Assembly: GCA_965225945.1 (NCBI GenBank)
Contig: CBDDBZ010000032.1
Coordinates: 32,001 to 96,000 of the forward strand
Length of the DNA: 64,000 nt
Reading direction: 5' to 3'
DNA from: Alphaproteobacteria bacterium
GTDB taxonomy: Bacteria > Pseudomonadota > Alphaproteobacteria > GCA-2731375
A model generated the notes under the pieces. That model did no database searches. It saw only the letters and a program-made list of their open reading frames with translations, and was not told where the DNA came from. Of the stretch, positions 1 through 8,970 are shown in pieces. Numbering within the stretch: position 1 is the stretch's first letter; each line of letters starts with the position of its first letter. A program made the position numbers and the translations under genes.

Positions 1-448
1 CGGAACTCATGGCTTCGAGGCGGCGAGTGGGGTCTACAACGAACTGCAACCCGGATCCTATGTTTTCATGGACGCCGACTATGCCCGCAACTTGAAACAG
101 GACGGCCAGCCGAACGACGAATTCGAGCATGCGCTCTTCGTCCAGGCGACGGTGATGAGCACGCCGACCCGGGAGCGCGCCTGCGTCGACGCGGGCCTGA
201 AGGCCTTCAGCGTCGATTCCGGCATGCCGACCGTGTGGGGTCACGAGAACCTGGAATTCGTCCGCGCCTCCGACGAGCACGGCGTGCTCGATGTCGCGCC
301 CGGCGCCAACATCGGCCGGGGCGCCAAGCTGCTGTTCGTGCCGGGCCACTGCGACCCGACGGTCAATCTGCACGACTGGTATGTCGGCGTCCGCGACGGT
401 CGGGTGGAGGCGATCTGGCCGATCGACGCCCGGGGCGCCGGCTATTGA
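1..448 (+). CDS. DSD1/D-threonine aldolase-family PLP enzyme, 5' truncated by window edge
   Basis: ELQPGSYVFMDADY, VDAGLKAFSVDSG, SDEHG and PGHCDPTVNLHD motifs of the fold-type III D-threonine/3-hydroxy-D-aspartate aldolase family. Confidence 0.85.
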   Translation, partial: GTHGFEAASGVYNELQPGSYVFMDADYARNLKQDGQPNDEFEHALFVQATVMSTPTRERACVDAGLKAFSVDSGMPTVWGHENLEFVRASDEHGVLDVAPGANIGRGAKLLFVPGHCDPTVNLHDWYVGVRDGRVEAIWPIDARGAGY

Positions 449-527
449 AGCGGCCCCCCGCTCCAGGTTGACCCGGGCGCCGCGCGAGGCTACGATTTTT
501 CCGACCGCTCAACAAGGCGAGGCGCGG

Positions 528-1031
528 ATGAATTCTAGGGTTAAGGAAGGGGACAAAGCCCCTGATTTCCATATGAAAACGGACGGTAGCGGCGAAATTT
601 CGCTTGCCGCGCTGGCCGGTCGATTCGTCGTCTTGTACTTCGATCCGAAAGACGACACCTCAGGCGGCACGAAGCAGGCCATCGCCTTCACCGAAAAGCT
701 CGGGGAATTCGAGGCGCTGCGCGCGACGGTCGTCGGTGTCTCGCCTGACGGCGTCGCCACGCACGACAAATTCAAGGCCAAGCATGATCTCGCCGTCACC
801 CTCGGGGCCGACGAGGACAAGGCGGTCTGCGAGGCCTATGGCGTCTGGGTCGAGAAGGGCACGTATGGCCAAAAGTACATGGGGGTCGACCGCTCGACCC
901 TCCTGATCGATGGACAGGATCGCGTGGCCAACGCGTGGCGCAAGGTCAAGGTTCCCGGCCACGTCGATAAGATTCTACAAAGAAGCAAGAATCTTGACCC
1001 AACAATAAAACAACGTATTATACGGAAGTAA
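528..1031 (+). CDS. bcp: Bcp/PrxQ peroxiredoxin homolog with peroxidatic Cys replaced by Gly
   Basis: GDKAPDF, VVLYFxPKDDT, VVGVSPD, YGVWVEK, KYMGVDRST and WRKVKVPGH all match Bcp; the PxxxTxxC motif reads PKDDTSGG. Confidence 0.85.
   Translation: MNSRVKEGDKAPDFHMKTDGSGEISLAALAGRFVVLYFDPKDDTSGGTKQAIAFTEKLGEFEALRATVVGVSPDGVATHDKFKAKHDLAVTLGADEDKAVCEAYGVWVEKGTYGQKYMGVDRSTLLIDGQDRVANAWRKVKVPGHVDKILQRSKNLDPTIKQRIIRK
994..1021 (+). promoter_or_regulatory. possible sigma70 promoter for the M23-bactofilin operon
   Basis: TTGACC-N16-TATTAT in an AT-rich patch about 80 bp before the M23 ORF. Confidence 0.3.
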
Positions 1032-1103
1032 TAATAATATACCTTAGAAAAACCGAGCCCCCTGATACGTGGGGTCTAGGCGACCGAGCCAGCGTCGCGC
1101 CGA

Positions 1104-2810
1104 GTGAGGGGGAGGAGTATGCAAGGGGCCGCAAGCGCGCTCAAGCGACGAATCGAAGCGCTGTTTCCCGAGCGACAGGTGTTTATTCGCGCCAACGGCC
1201 GGGTCCGTTTCTTCACGCTGTCCAGATACCCGCAGATGGCTCTCGCCGCCGTGCCGGTGGCGGTGCTGAGCTTGTTCGCGGTCGGCGCGGTGATCAAGGT
1301 CGTGGACGAATGGACCATGGCGCGGATGAGCGAGGTCCAGCGGGTCCGGCTGGCCGAACTCGACGCGGACTGGCGGACCCGCCATCGGGAGCTATTCGCC
1401 GAACGCGACCGGCTCGCCCACGACCTCGACGAGAGTCGGGAACTGTTGCGTGTCGAACGGATCACGGCCGAGCACAAATTCCAGCGGGCGATCGATGACC
1501 TGGCGGACCGCCAGCGCCGCTTCGAGGCGCTGCTGGCCCAACGGCAGGACCTGGAGAGCGAAACCCGTCGTCTCGGCGTGGCGATCGATCATGCGCGCAC
1601 CCGCCGCGAGGCCGCCGAGCACAAATACACCCGGGTGATCGACGACCTGGCGGTCCGTCAACGTCGCATCAAGGCGCTGCTGGCCCAACGGCAGAACCTG
1701 GAGAGCGAGTCCCATCGTCTCGGCGTGGCGATCGACCAGGCGCGCACCGGCCGCGAGGCCGCCGAGCGCGCGGCCCACGACTTGCGGGAGCGCTACACCC
1801 GGACGCGCGAACAGCTGACACGGGCCGGCGCGAGCCGGATGGAGCCCCGAGGCAGTCTCAGGGCCGGCGGCACGCCCAAGCGCCTGGTCTTCGGCGGTGG
1901 GACCGCCAGCGGTGATAATCGAGAGCCTGGGAATCGTTTCATGGTCGCGCTCGAGACCTATGATACCGATCGGCTGGTCCAAGACATGGCTGCCGATCGG
2001 CTGAGTGCCGAGCACGAGGCGACGACGCTACGCCGGCGCGTTAGCCGCCTGGAGGCGCGGCTGATCAACCTGCGCGACAGCCAGAGCAGCCTCATCGCGC
2101 AGATCGAAGACGGCGCCAGCGGCCGGATCGACGAAATCGAGAGCGTGATCCAGCTTACCGGCCTCGACCTCGAGCGTCTCGTCGATCGCGCCCGGGGCAA
2201 GATCGGCGCGAGAATCGGCGGCCCGCTCGCCGTGCCCGCCGGCCGGCCGGCGGGCCCCTGGGAGAGCGGTACCACGCCTCTCACCCATCCGGACCTTCGG
2301 ATGACGCTCGAGCAAGACATAGATTATTCGATCGCCCGCATGGGTGCCCGCTTGGCCCGCTGGTCGGCGCTGAACTCGGTGATGAGAAGGCTGCCGCTGG
2401 CGGCACCGCTAGAAAAGCACAAACTGACCAGTCGCTTCGGCAGGCGGCGCGATCCGTTCAACCGACGCTGGGCGATGCACAACGGCGTCGACCTCGGCGG
2501 ATCCCGTCGCAGCCCCATCCTGGCCGCGGCACCCGGCATCGTCAGCTACGTCGGCTGGAAGGGCCCCTATGGTCGAATGATCGAAATCGATCATGGATAT
2601 GGCTTGAAAACCCGCTATGGTCATCTTTACCGTACGCGAGTGAAACGCGGTGATCGGGTGGCGGCGCGCCAATCGATCGCCGTGATCGGCAGCAGCGGTC
2701 GGAGCACCGGTCGGCATCTTCACTACGAGGTGCGATTCGACGGCCTACCGCTCGACCCCATCACTTTCCTGAAGGCGGGCAGACATGTTCTCAAAGACGG
2801 ACAAAAATGA
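1104..2810 (+). CDS. M23 family endopeptidase (LmdC-like: N-terminal TM, coiled coil, C-terminal M23)
   Basis: HNGVD and STGRHLHYEV M23 metal-binding motifs; hydrophobic N-terminal helix; overlaps a bactofilin gene. Confidence 0.9.
   Translation: MRGRSMQGAASALKRRIEALFPERQVFIRANGRVRFFTLSRYPQMALAAVPVAVLSLFAVGAVIKVVDEWTMARMSEVQRVRLAELDADWRTRHRELFAERDRLAHDLDESRELLRVERITAEHKFQRAIDDLADRQRRFEALLAQRQDLESETRRLGVAIDHARTRREAAEHKYTRVIDDLAVRQRRIKALLAQRQNLESESHRLGVAIDQARTGREAAERAAHDLRERYTRTREQLTRAGASRMEPRGSLRAGGTPKRLVFGGGTASGDNREPGNRFMVALETYDTDRLVQDMAADRLSAEHEATTLRRRVSRLEARLINLRDSQSSLIAQIEDGASGRIDEIESVIQLTGLDLERLVDRARGKIGARIGGPLAVPAGRPAGPWESGTTPLTHPDLRMTLEQDIDYSIARMGARLARWSALNSVMRRLPLAAPLEKHKLTSRFGRRRDPFNRRWAMHNGVDLGGSRRSPILAAAPGIVSYVGWKGPYGRMIEIDHGYGLKTRYGHLYRTRVKRGDRVAARQSIAVIGSSGRSTGRHLHYEVRFDGLPLDPITFLKAGRHVLKDGQK
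1467..1760 (+). repeat. 147-bp (49 aa) tandem duplication inside the M23 coiled coil
   Basis: AEHKFQRAIDDLADRQRRFEALLAQRQDLESE... repeats as AEHKYTRVIDDLAVRQRRIKALLAQRQNLESE...; units start at 1467 and 1614. Confidence 0.9.
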
Positions 2811-3279
2811 GAAGACGGACCGCGTGCAGCGGACCGAGGCCGCGCCCCGGAGTCCCGGCGCCGGCCGGAACGCCGTGCCCTCGCTGGTCAGCGCCAATCT
2901 CCAGGTCGTCGGCAACCTGAACACCGAGGGCGAGCTTCAGATCGACGGCATGGTCGAGGGCGACATCGCCTGCAAGAAGCTCACCGTGGGCGAGACGGCC
3001 ATAATCTCCGGCGAGATCGTGACCGACGACATCGAGGTGCGCGGCAAGGTGCAGGGCCGAATTCGTGCCCGCGCGGTGCTCTTGACCAAATCGGCGAACG
3101 TGACCGGCGACGTCTGGCACGACACGCTCTCGATCGAGTCCGGCGCCTTCCTCGAGGGCCACTGCAAGCGCAACGACGCCGCCTCGACGCCGATGACGGC
3201 CAAGCCGGCGGCGCCGATGGCAACGGGGGCGAAACCCGAGAAAACGGCGGATGCCGACAAACGGAGCGCCGACGGCTGA
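2785..3279 (+). CDS. bactofilin (polymer-forming cytoskeletal protein)
   Basis: PSLVSANLQVVGNL..EGELQIDGMVEGDI...LSIESGAFLEGHC beta-helical bactofilin signature. Confidence 0.92.
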   Translation: MFSKTDKNEKTDRVQRTEAAPRSPGAGRNAVPSLVSANLQVVGNLNTEGELQIDGMVEGDIACKKLTVGETAIISGEIVTDDIEVRGKVQGRIRARAVLLTKSANVTGDVWHDTLSIESGAFLEGHCKRNDAASTPMTAKPAAPMATGAKPEKTADADKRSADG

Positions 3280-3376
3280 GGTTGACGCGTCGAGGCGAGA
3301 ACCCGGCCGCACTCGGGAGCGAATTGGGGACCGCGGGGTGCCTCGCGGCACCGGGAAAGCGGCGCCGAAAAGCCGC

Positions 3377-3406
3377 TTGACAAACAGAACAAAAATAGAA
3401 CATATT
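3377..3406 (+). promoter_or_regulatory. sigma70 promoter overlapped by an alphaproteobacterial LexA (SOS) box upstream of parE
   Basis: TTGACA at 3377-3382 and CATATT at 3401-3406; GAAC-aaaaata-GAAC (GAAC-N7-GAAC) at 3387-3401. Confidence 0.75.
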
Positions 3407-3621
3407 GCTCGAACACGGCTCGGTTCGCGGCCGGCGTTGCGGCGTAGGCGGAAAGCCCCGCCCCGGCAGCCGGACCCCAAAAACCGGGCCTTTTAGGATT
3501 TTGAACTGTGATCTAGCGTATTTGGGTTCCAGACACGCGACATCTTGTGGTCAGATTCCAATTTTTGGCCTATAGTTCGCCGCGCGTCGCCACCTTATGC
3601 AACGTCGAGGCGTGGCCTGGA

Positions 3622-5610
3622 ATGATCGAACCGCCCACCGCCGATCTCTTCGATCGCCCCGAACACAAATCCCAAGAGGGTTATGGCGCCGAGCACATCG
3701 AGGTGCTGGAGGGCTTGGAGCCGGTTCGCCGTCGCCCGGCGTTGTTCATCGGCGGCACCGACGAGCGGGCCTATCACCACCTGGCGGCGGAAATTCTCGA
3801 CAATTCGATGGACGAGGCGGTGGCCGGCCACGCCGGCCGGATCGAGATCGAGCTCGCCGCCGACGGCAACCTCGTCGTCTCCGACAACGGCCGGGGCATC
3901 CCGGTCGACCCGCATCCCAAGATGAAATCGAAATCGGCCTTGGAGGTGATCGCGACGACGCTGCACGCCGGTGGCAAGTTCTCGGGCAAGGTCTACCGAA
4001 CCGCCGGCGGGCTGCACGGCGTCGGCCTCTCGGTGGTCAACGCGCTCTCGGAATTCATGACCATCGAAGTGGCACGGGACCGCCGCCTCTGGGCCCAAAC
4101 CTTCCGCCGGGGCGAGCCCCAGGGCAAGCTCGCGCAAATCGGCGCCGCGCCCAACCGGCGGGGTACCCGGGTCATCTTCCGCCCCGACCCGGAGATCTTC
4201 GGCGACATGGCGAGCTTCCGCCCGGGCCGGCTTTACAAGATGGCGCGGGCCAAGGCCTATCTGTTTCGGGGCGTCGAGATCCGCTGGAAGTGCGCGCCGG
4301 CGCTGATCGGCGAGGGCGACGACACCCCGGAGGCGGCGGTCTTGCATTTTCCGGGCGGCCTGGGCGATTTCTTGGCCGAGACGCTCGCCGGACGCGCCAC
4401 GGTGACGACAAGTCCCTTCGCCGGGCGCGCCAAGGGCGCCAACGGCCACGTCGGCGAGGTGGAATGGGCGATCCATTGGCCGCTCGACGGCGAGGGCTTT
4501 CTCGACGCCTACTGCAACACCATCCCGACGCCCGATGGCGGCACCCACGAGGCGGGCCTGCGCCAGGCGCTTTCCCGCGGCCTGAAGGCGCACGGCGAGC
4601 TGATCGGCAACCGCAAGGCGGCGCGGATCACCGCCGAGGACGTGACCGGGGCGGCGGCCACGCTGATCTCGATCTTCATTCCCGAGCCCCAGTTCGCCGG
4701 CCAGACGAAGGAGAAGCTCGCCAATCCGGAAGCGCAACGCTTGGTCGAGACCCTGCTGCGCGACCATTTCGACCACTGGCTCTCGGGCGACCCGGACGGT
4801 GCCCGCCGGCTCCTCGAATGGGCAATCGAGCGGGCGGAGCTGCGCCTCCTCAGGCGCCGCGAGCGCGAGGTCAATCGCAAGAGCGCCACCCGCAAGGCGC
4901 GCCTCCCCGGCAAGCTCGCCGACTGCACGCGGGACACCAAGGAGGGGACGGAGATCTTCATCGTCGAGGGCGACAGCGCCGGCGGCTCGGCCAAGCAGGC
5001 CCGTAACCGCGAGACCCAGGCCGTCCTGCCCTTGCGCGGCAAGGTCCTGAACGTGGCCAGCGCCGGCAGCGCCAAGCTGGCCCAGAACCAGGAACTCTCC
5101 GATCTCATGCAGGCGCTCGGCTGCGGCACCCGCGCCCGCTACAGGGAAGACGATCTGCGTTACGACAAGGTCGTCATCATGACCGATGCCGACGTCGACG
5201 GCGCCCATATCGCGGCCCTTCTGATGACCTTCTTCCAGCGCGAGATGCCGGAGCTGATCTCGAATGGGCATCTCTACATCGCGCTGCCCCCGCTCTATCG
5301 TCTGAGCCGAGCGGGCGAGACGCACTATGCCCGCGACGACGCCCACCGCGACGAGTTGCTGGAGACGGTGTTCACCGGGCGCGGCAAGGTCGAGATCAGC
5401 CGCTTCAAGGGCTTGGGCGAGATGCCGCCGGCGCAGCTCAAGGCGACCACCATGGGACCTGAGAATCGCACGCTGCTGAAAGTCGTCGTCCCGGCCGGCG
5501 AGGAGTGCTACACGGAAGATATCGTGGAGCGGCTGATGGGCCGCAAGCCGGAACACCGATTCCACTTCATTCAGGAGAACGCCAAGTTCGCCAAGGACCT
5601 GGACGTTTGA
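3622..5610 (+). CDS. parE: DNA topoisomerase IV subunit B
   Basis: IEVLEGLEPVRRRP, EILDNSMDEAVAG, GGLHGVG, IVEGDSAGGSAKQAR, MTDADVDGAHI and RFKGLGEM; lacks the GyrB insert. Confidence 0.95.
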   Translation: MIEPPTADLFDRPEHKSQEGYGAEHIEVLEGLEPVRRRPALFIGGTDERAYHHLAAEILDNSMDEAVAGHAGRIEIELAADGNLVVSDNGRGIPVDPHPKMKSKSALEVIATTLHAGGKFSGKVYRTAGGLHGVGLSVVNALSEFMTIEVARDRRLWAQTFRRGEPQGKLAQIGAAPNRRGTRVIFRPDPEIFGDMASFRPGRLYKMARAKAYLFRGVEIRWKCAPALIGEGDDTPEAAVLHFPGGLGDFLAETLAGRATVTTSPFAGRAKGANGHVGEVEWAIHWPLDGEGFLDAYCNTIPTPDGGTHEAGLRQALSRGLKAHGELIGNRKAARITAEDVTGAAATLISIFIPEPQFAGQTKEKLANPEAQRLVETLLRDHFDHWLSGDPDGARRLLEWAIERAELRLLRRREREVNRKSATRKARLPGKLADCTRDTKEGTEIFIVEGDSAGGSAKQARNRETQAVLPLRGKVLNVASAGSAKLAQNQELSDLMQALGCGTRARYREDDLRYDKVVIMTDADVDGAHIAALLMTFFQREMPELISNGHLYIALPPLYRLSRAGETHYARDDAHRDELLETVFTGRGKVEISRFKGLGEMPPAQLKATTMGPENRTLLKVVVPAGEECYTEDIVERLMGRKPEHRFHFIQENAKFAKDLDV

Positions 5611-5706
5611 GGGGCGCGGCGCCGCTTGATCACCCCCGAGCGCGCGAGTAGGCTCGCCCCGACACCTCGACGCGCCAGACCGCGCGTACGGGCTCGGGAT
5701 TTCGAC

Positions 5707-6711
5707 ATGACGACGGTTCGCGACGGCTTCACCGATGCGATCGGCAACACACCGCTCATCCGGTTGCGCAAAGCCTCCGAGATCACCGGCTGCGAGATTC
5801 TCGGCAAGGCCGAATTTCTCAATCCGGGGGGCTCGGTGAAAGACCGCGCCGCGCTCTTCATCATCGAGGATGCGGAGCGGCACGGCCTCTTGGAGCCCGG
5901 CGGAATCATCGTCGAGGGCACGGCCGGCAACACCGGCATCGGCCTCGCGCTGGTCGGCAACGCGCGCGGCTACAAGACCGTCATCGTCATCCCCGAGACC
6001 CAGACACAGGAGAAGAAGGACACGCTCCGCATCTGTGGCGCCGACGTGCGCGAGGTGCCGGCCGTCCCCTACCGCGATCCGAACAACTATGTGAAGTATT
6101 CCGGCCGCCTCGCCGAGGAACTGGCCCAGAGCCACGCGGCGGGCGCGATCTGGGCCAACCAGTTCGACAACGTCGCCAATCGCGACGGCCACGCCCGCAC
6201 CACGGGACCGGAGATCTGGGAACAGACCGAGGGCCGGATCGACGGCTTCGTCTGCGCCGTCGGCACCGGCGGCACGCTCGCCGGGGTCTCGATGCACCTT
6301 CGGGAACGCAAGCCCGAGATCAAGATTGGCCTGGCCGATCCCATGGGAGCGGCGCTCTACAACTACTATGCCCATGGCGAGTTGAAGGCCGAGGGCAGCT
6401 CGATCACCGAAGGCATCGGCCAGGGCCGCATCACCCGCAATATCGAGGAGCTGAGCGTCGACTTCCCCTACCAGATCCCGGACGCGGAAGCACTGCCCCT
6501 GGTCTTCGATCTGATCCTGGAGGAAGGCTGGGTGCTCGGGACCTCGAGCGGCATCAACATCGCCGGCGCGATTCGTCTCGCCCGCGATCTCGGCGCCGGA
6601 CACACCATCGTCACCATACTCGCCGATGGCGCTGAGCGCTATAAGAGCAAGATGTTCAACTTGGCCTTCCTCAAGGAGCAGGGCCTACCCCAGCCCGAAT
6701 GGCTGAGTTGA
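5707..6711 (+). CDS. cysK: cysteine synthase A (PLP)
   Basis: IGNTPLIRL, KAEFLNPGGSVKDR, EGTAGNTG and GTGGT. Confidence 0.9.
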   Translation: MTTVRDGFTDAIGNTPLIRLRKASEITGCEILGKAEFLNPGGSVKDRAALFIIEDAERHGLLEPGGIIVEGTAGNTGIGLALVGNARGYKTVIVIPETQTQEKKDTLRICGADVREVPAVPYRDPNNYVKYSGRLAEELAQSHAAGAIWANQFDNVANRDGHARTTGPEIWEQTEGRIDGFVCAVGTGGTLAGVSMHLRERKPEIKIGLADPMGAALYNYYAHGELKAEGSSITEGIGQGRITRNIEELSVDFPYQIPDAEALPLVFDLILEEGWVLGTSSGINIAGAIRLARDLGAGHTIVTILADGAERYKSKMFNLAFLKEQGLPQPEWLS

Positions 6712-6725
6712 CGAGACGGGAATCG

Positions 6726-7478
6726 ATGACCGAAGAATTGTTTCGCCAAGACGCTTACCAGAAGAGCTGCGAGGCCAATGTCGTGGCCGTCGACGAGCGG
6801 GGCGGGATCCTGCTCGACCGCACGGTGTTCTATCCGACGGGGGGCGGCCAGCCGGGTGACAGCGGCCTGCTGCGCGCGGCCGACGGCGGCACCGTCCGGA
6901 TCGCCACCACGGTCAAGGGCGAGGCACCGGGCGAGATCGTCCACCTGCCCGTCGAGGGTGAGACGCCGCTGGCACCGGGCACCACCGTCACCGCCGAGAT
7001 CGATTGGGAGCGCCGGCATCGACTGATGCGCATCCACACCTGCATGCACCTGCTGTCGGCGGTATTGACCTATCCGGTGACCGGCGGCCAGATCGGCGAG
7101 GGCGAGGGCCGGCTCGACTTCGACATGCCCGAGTTGGTGCTGACCAAGGAGGAGATCACCGAGCGCCTCCGCGCCCTCGTCGCCGAGGAATACGATGTCG
7201 CGCCGAGCTGGATCTCGGAGCAGGAGTTGGCGGCCAATCCGGATCTGGTGAAGACGATGTCGGTGAAGCCGCCGACCGGCCAGGGCCGGGTGCGCCTGAT
7301 CGACATTGCCGGTTGCGATCTGCAACCCTGTGGCGGCACGCATGTTGCCAACACGCGCGAGATCGGCCTGGTGGAGGTGCGCAAGATCGAGAAGAAGGGC
7401 CGACGGAACCGGCGGGTTCGGATCGTCCTTTCCGAGGGCCGGGGCGGGGGAAGCGGGGCGAGCCATGAGTCGAATTGA
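6726..7478 (+). CDS. alaX: alanyl-tRNA editing protein AlaX-M
   Basis: RTVFYPTGGGQPGD, HTCMH (HxxxH) and CGGTH zinc motifs. Confidence 0.9.
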   Translation: MTEELFRQDAYQKSCEANVVAVDERGGILLDRTVFYPTGGGQPGDSGLLRAADGGTVRIATTVKGEAPGEIVHLPVEGETPLAPGTTVTAEIDWERRHRLMRIHTCMHLLSAVLTYPVTGGQIGEGEGRLDFDMPELVLTKEEITERLRALVAEEYDVAPSWISEQELAANPDLVKTMSVKPPTGQGRVRLIDIAGCDLQPCGGTHVANTREIGLVEVRKIEKKGRRNRRVRIVLSEGRGGGSGASHESN

Positions 7479-8307
7479 GGGGCCACTCGCCACCACCGAG
7501 TGGCTGGCGGCGCATCTCGGCGACGCTGGCGTCAAGCTCGTCGACGGCTCGTGGTACCTGCCGGCGGAGCAACGCGATCCCAAGGCCGAATACGTCGAGG
7601 GGCATCTTCCGGGCGCGGTCTATTTCGATATCGACGCGATCTCGGATACCGCCAGCCCGCTGTCGCACATGTTCCCGGACGCGTCTACCTTCGCCGACGC
7701 CGTCGGCGCGCTCGACATCGCCGACGACGACCATGTGATCTGCTACGACGGCGGCTCCATGTCGGCGGCGGGCCGGGTCTGGTGGATGTTCCGCGCCTTT
7801 GGCCACGAGGCCGTCCAGGTGCTGGACGGCGGCGCGCGGAAATGGCGGGCCGAAGGCCGGGCCTGGACCGCCGAGCCGGTGACCCCCGCGCCTCGGACCT
7901 ACCGGGGAAGTGGCCCGGCGCGCGGCGTTCGCGCTCTCGAGGACGTCCTCGGCGTGATCGAGCGGGGCGGCGAACAAATCCTCGATGCGCGCACGGCGGC
8001 CCGCTTCGCCGGCACCGCGCCGGAGCCCCGGGCGGGCATGCGGTCCGGGCACATGCCGGGCGCCTACAATCTTCCCTATACGGACTTGCTGGCGGCGGAC
8101 GGCACGCTGCTGGCGGCCGACCTGCTCGCCGCCAAGTTCGAGGCGAGCGGCATCGACCTCCAACACCCGGTCATCACCTCCTGCGGCTCCGGCGTCTCGG
8201 CGACCGTGCTGCTGCTGGGCCTCGAGGTCTTGGGGCGGCCGGGAACGCTCTATGACGGAAGCTGGTCTGAATGGGGTGGGCGCGAGGATACGCCCGTGGC
8301 GCGCTGA
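7465..8307 (+). CDS. sseA: 3-mercaptopyruvate sulfurtransferase (two-domain rhodanese)
   Basis: GHLPGA, CGSGVSA active-site loop and LYDGSWSEWG. Confidence 0.9.
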   Translation: MSRIEGPLATTEWLAAHLGDAGVKLVDGSWYLPAEQRDPKAEYVEGHLPGAVYFDIDAISDTASPLSHMFPDASTFADAVGALDIADDDHVICYDGGSMSAAGRVWWMFRAFGHEAVQVLDGGARKWRAEGRAWTAEPVTPAPRTYRGSGPARGVRALEDVLGVIERGGEQILDARTAARFAGTAPEPRAGMRSGHMPGAYNLPYTDLLAADGTLLAADLLAAKFEASGIDLQHPVITSCGSGVSATVLLLGLEVLGRPGTLYDGSWSEWGGREDTPVAR

Positions 8308-8930
8308 TGCACCGCTTGGGGCTCTTCGCCGTCCTGCTGTGCCTCGCGGCGGCGCCGGCCGGCGCGAACCAGACCGATCAGCAGATCGCCGCTTTCTGCA
8401 CCAACCTAAAGCCCGACGATCTGGGGGCCAGGCGCGCCTGCATCGACGAACAACGCAGCGCCGCCCGCCAGGTCTTCGAGTGGGCCCGCAAGACCCGGGA
8501 GAACGCGGACGCCCGACAACTCCATGCCGCCTGCGCCAAGGCGACCGGGCTGCAGACCGGAGGTTACGATTGGCCCGGTCAACACGCCTGCATCGACGCG
8601 GAACTGGCTGCGCTGGGCGATTTGGTCGAGCAACGCGTCCGGGCGCAAAAGGACCATTTCACGGCCAAGATCATCGCCCTCTGCACCGTCCGACAGAACC
8701 CGCAAGCGGCCGACGCCTTTCGCCGTCTCGTCCAATGCCTTTTCGTGCAGCGCCAGGCCGGCGAGAAGGTCTCGGAGATGTACCAGTTCTTCCAACCGCT
8801 CAGCCCCGAGCGCGACATCGTCAATCGCTGCGCCGAACGACTCAAGGGCCCGGAGGACACCTACGACTGGCCCAAGGTGAAGAGCTGCATCGACACCGAG
8901 TTGCAGGCCTCGGCGGTCCTGAACAAGTAG
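8307..8930 (+). CDS. secreted Cys-rich hypothetical protein with internal repeats
   Basis: signal peptide MHRLGLFAVLLCLAAAPAGA; ATG overlaps the sseA stop; repeated YDWP....CID.EL.A. Confidence 0.75.
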   Translation: MHRLGLFAVLLCLAAAPAGANQTDQQIAAFCTNLKPDDLGARRACIDEQRSAARQVFEWARKTRENADARQLHAACAKATGLQTGGYDWPGQHACIDAELAALGDLVEQRVRAQKDHFTAKIIALCTVRQNPQAADAFRRLVQCLFVQRQAGEKVSEMYQFFQPLSPERDIVNRCAERLKGPEDTYDWPKVKSCIDTELQASAVLNK

Positions 8931-8970
8931 TGAGATCGTCGGCGGCGCGCGCCGGGCCGGGAGAGAGGAC

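Noticed and set aside
3595-6603. 1002-aa minus-strand ORF and similar long antisense ORFs (e.g. 11965-14118, 58976-61663)
   Set aside because: Shadow frames of high-GC genes on the opposite strand with no recognisable motifs.
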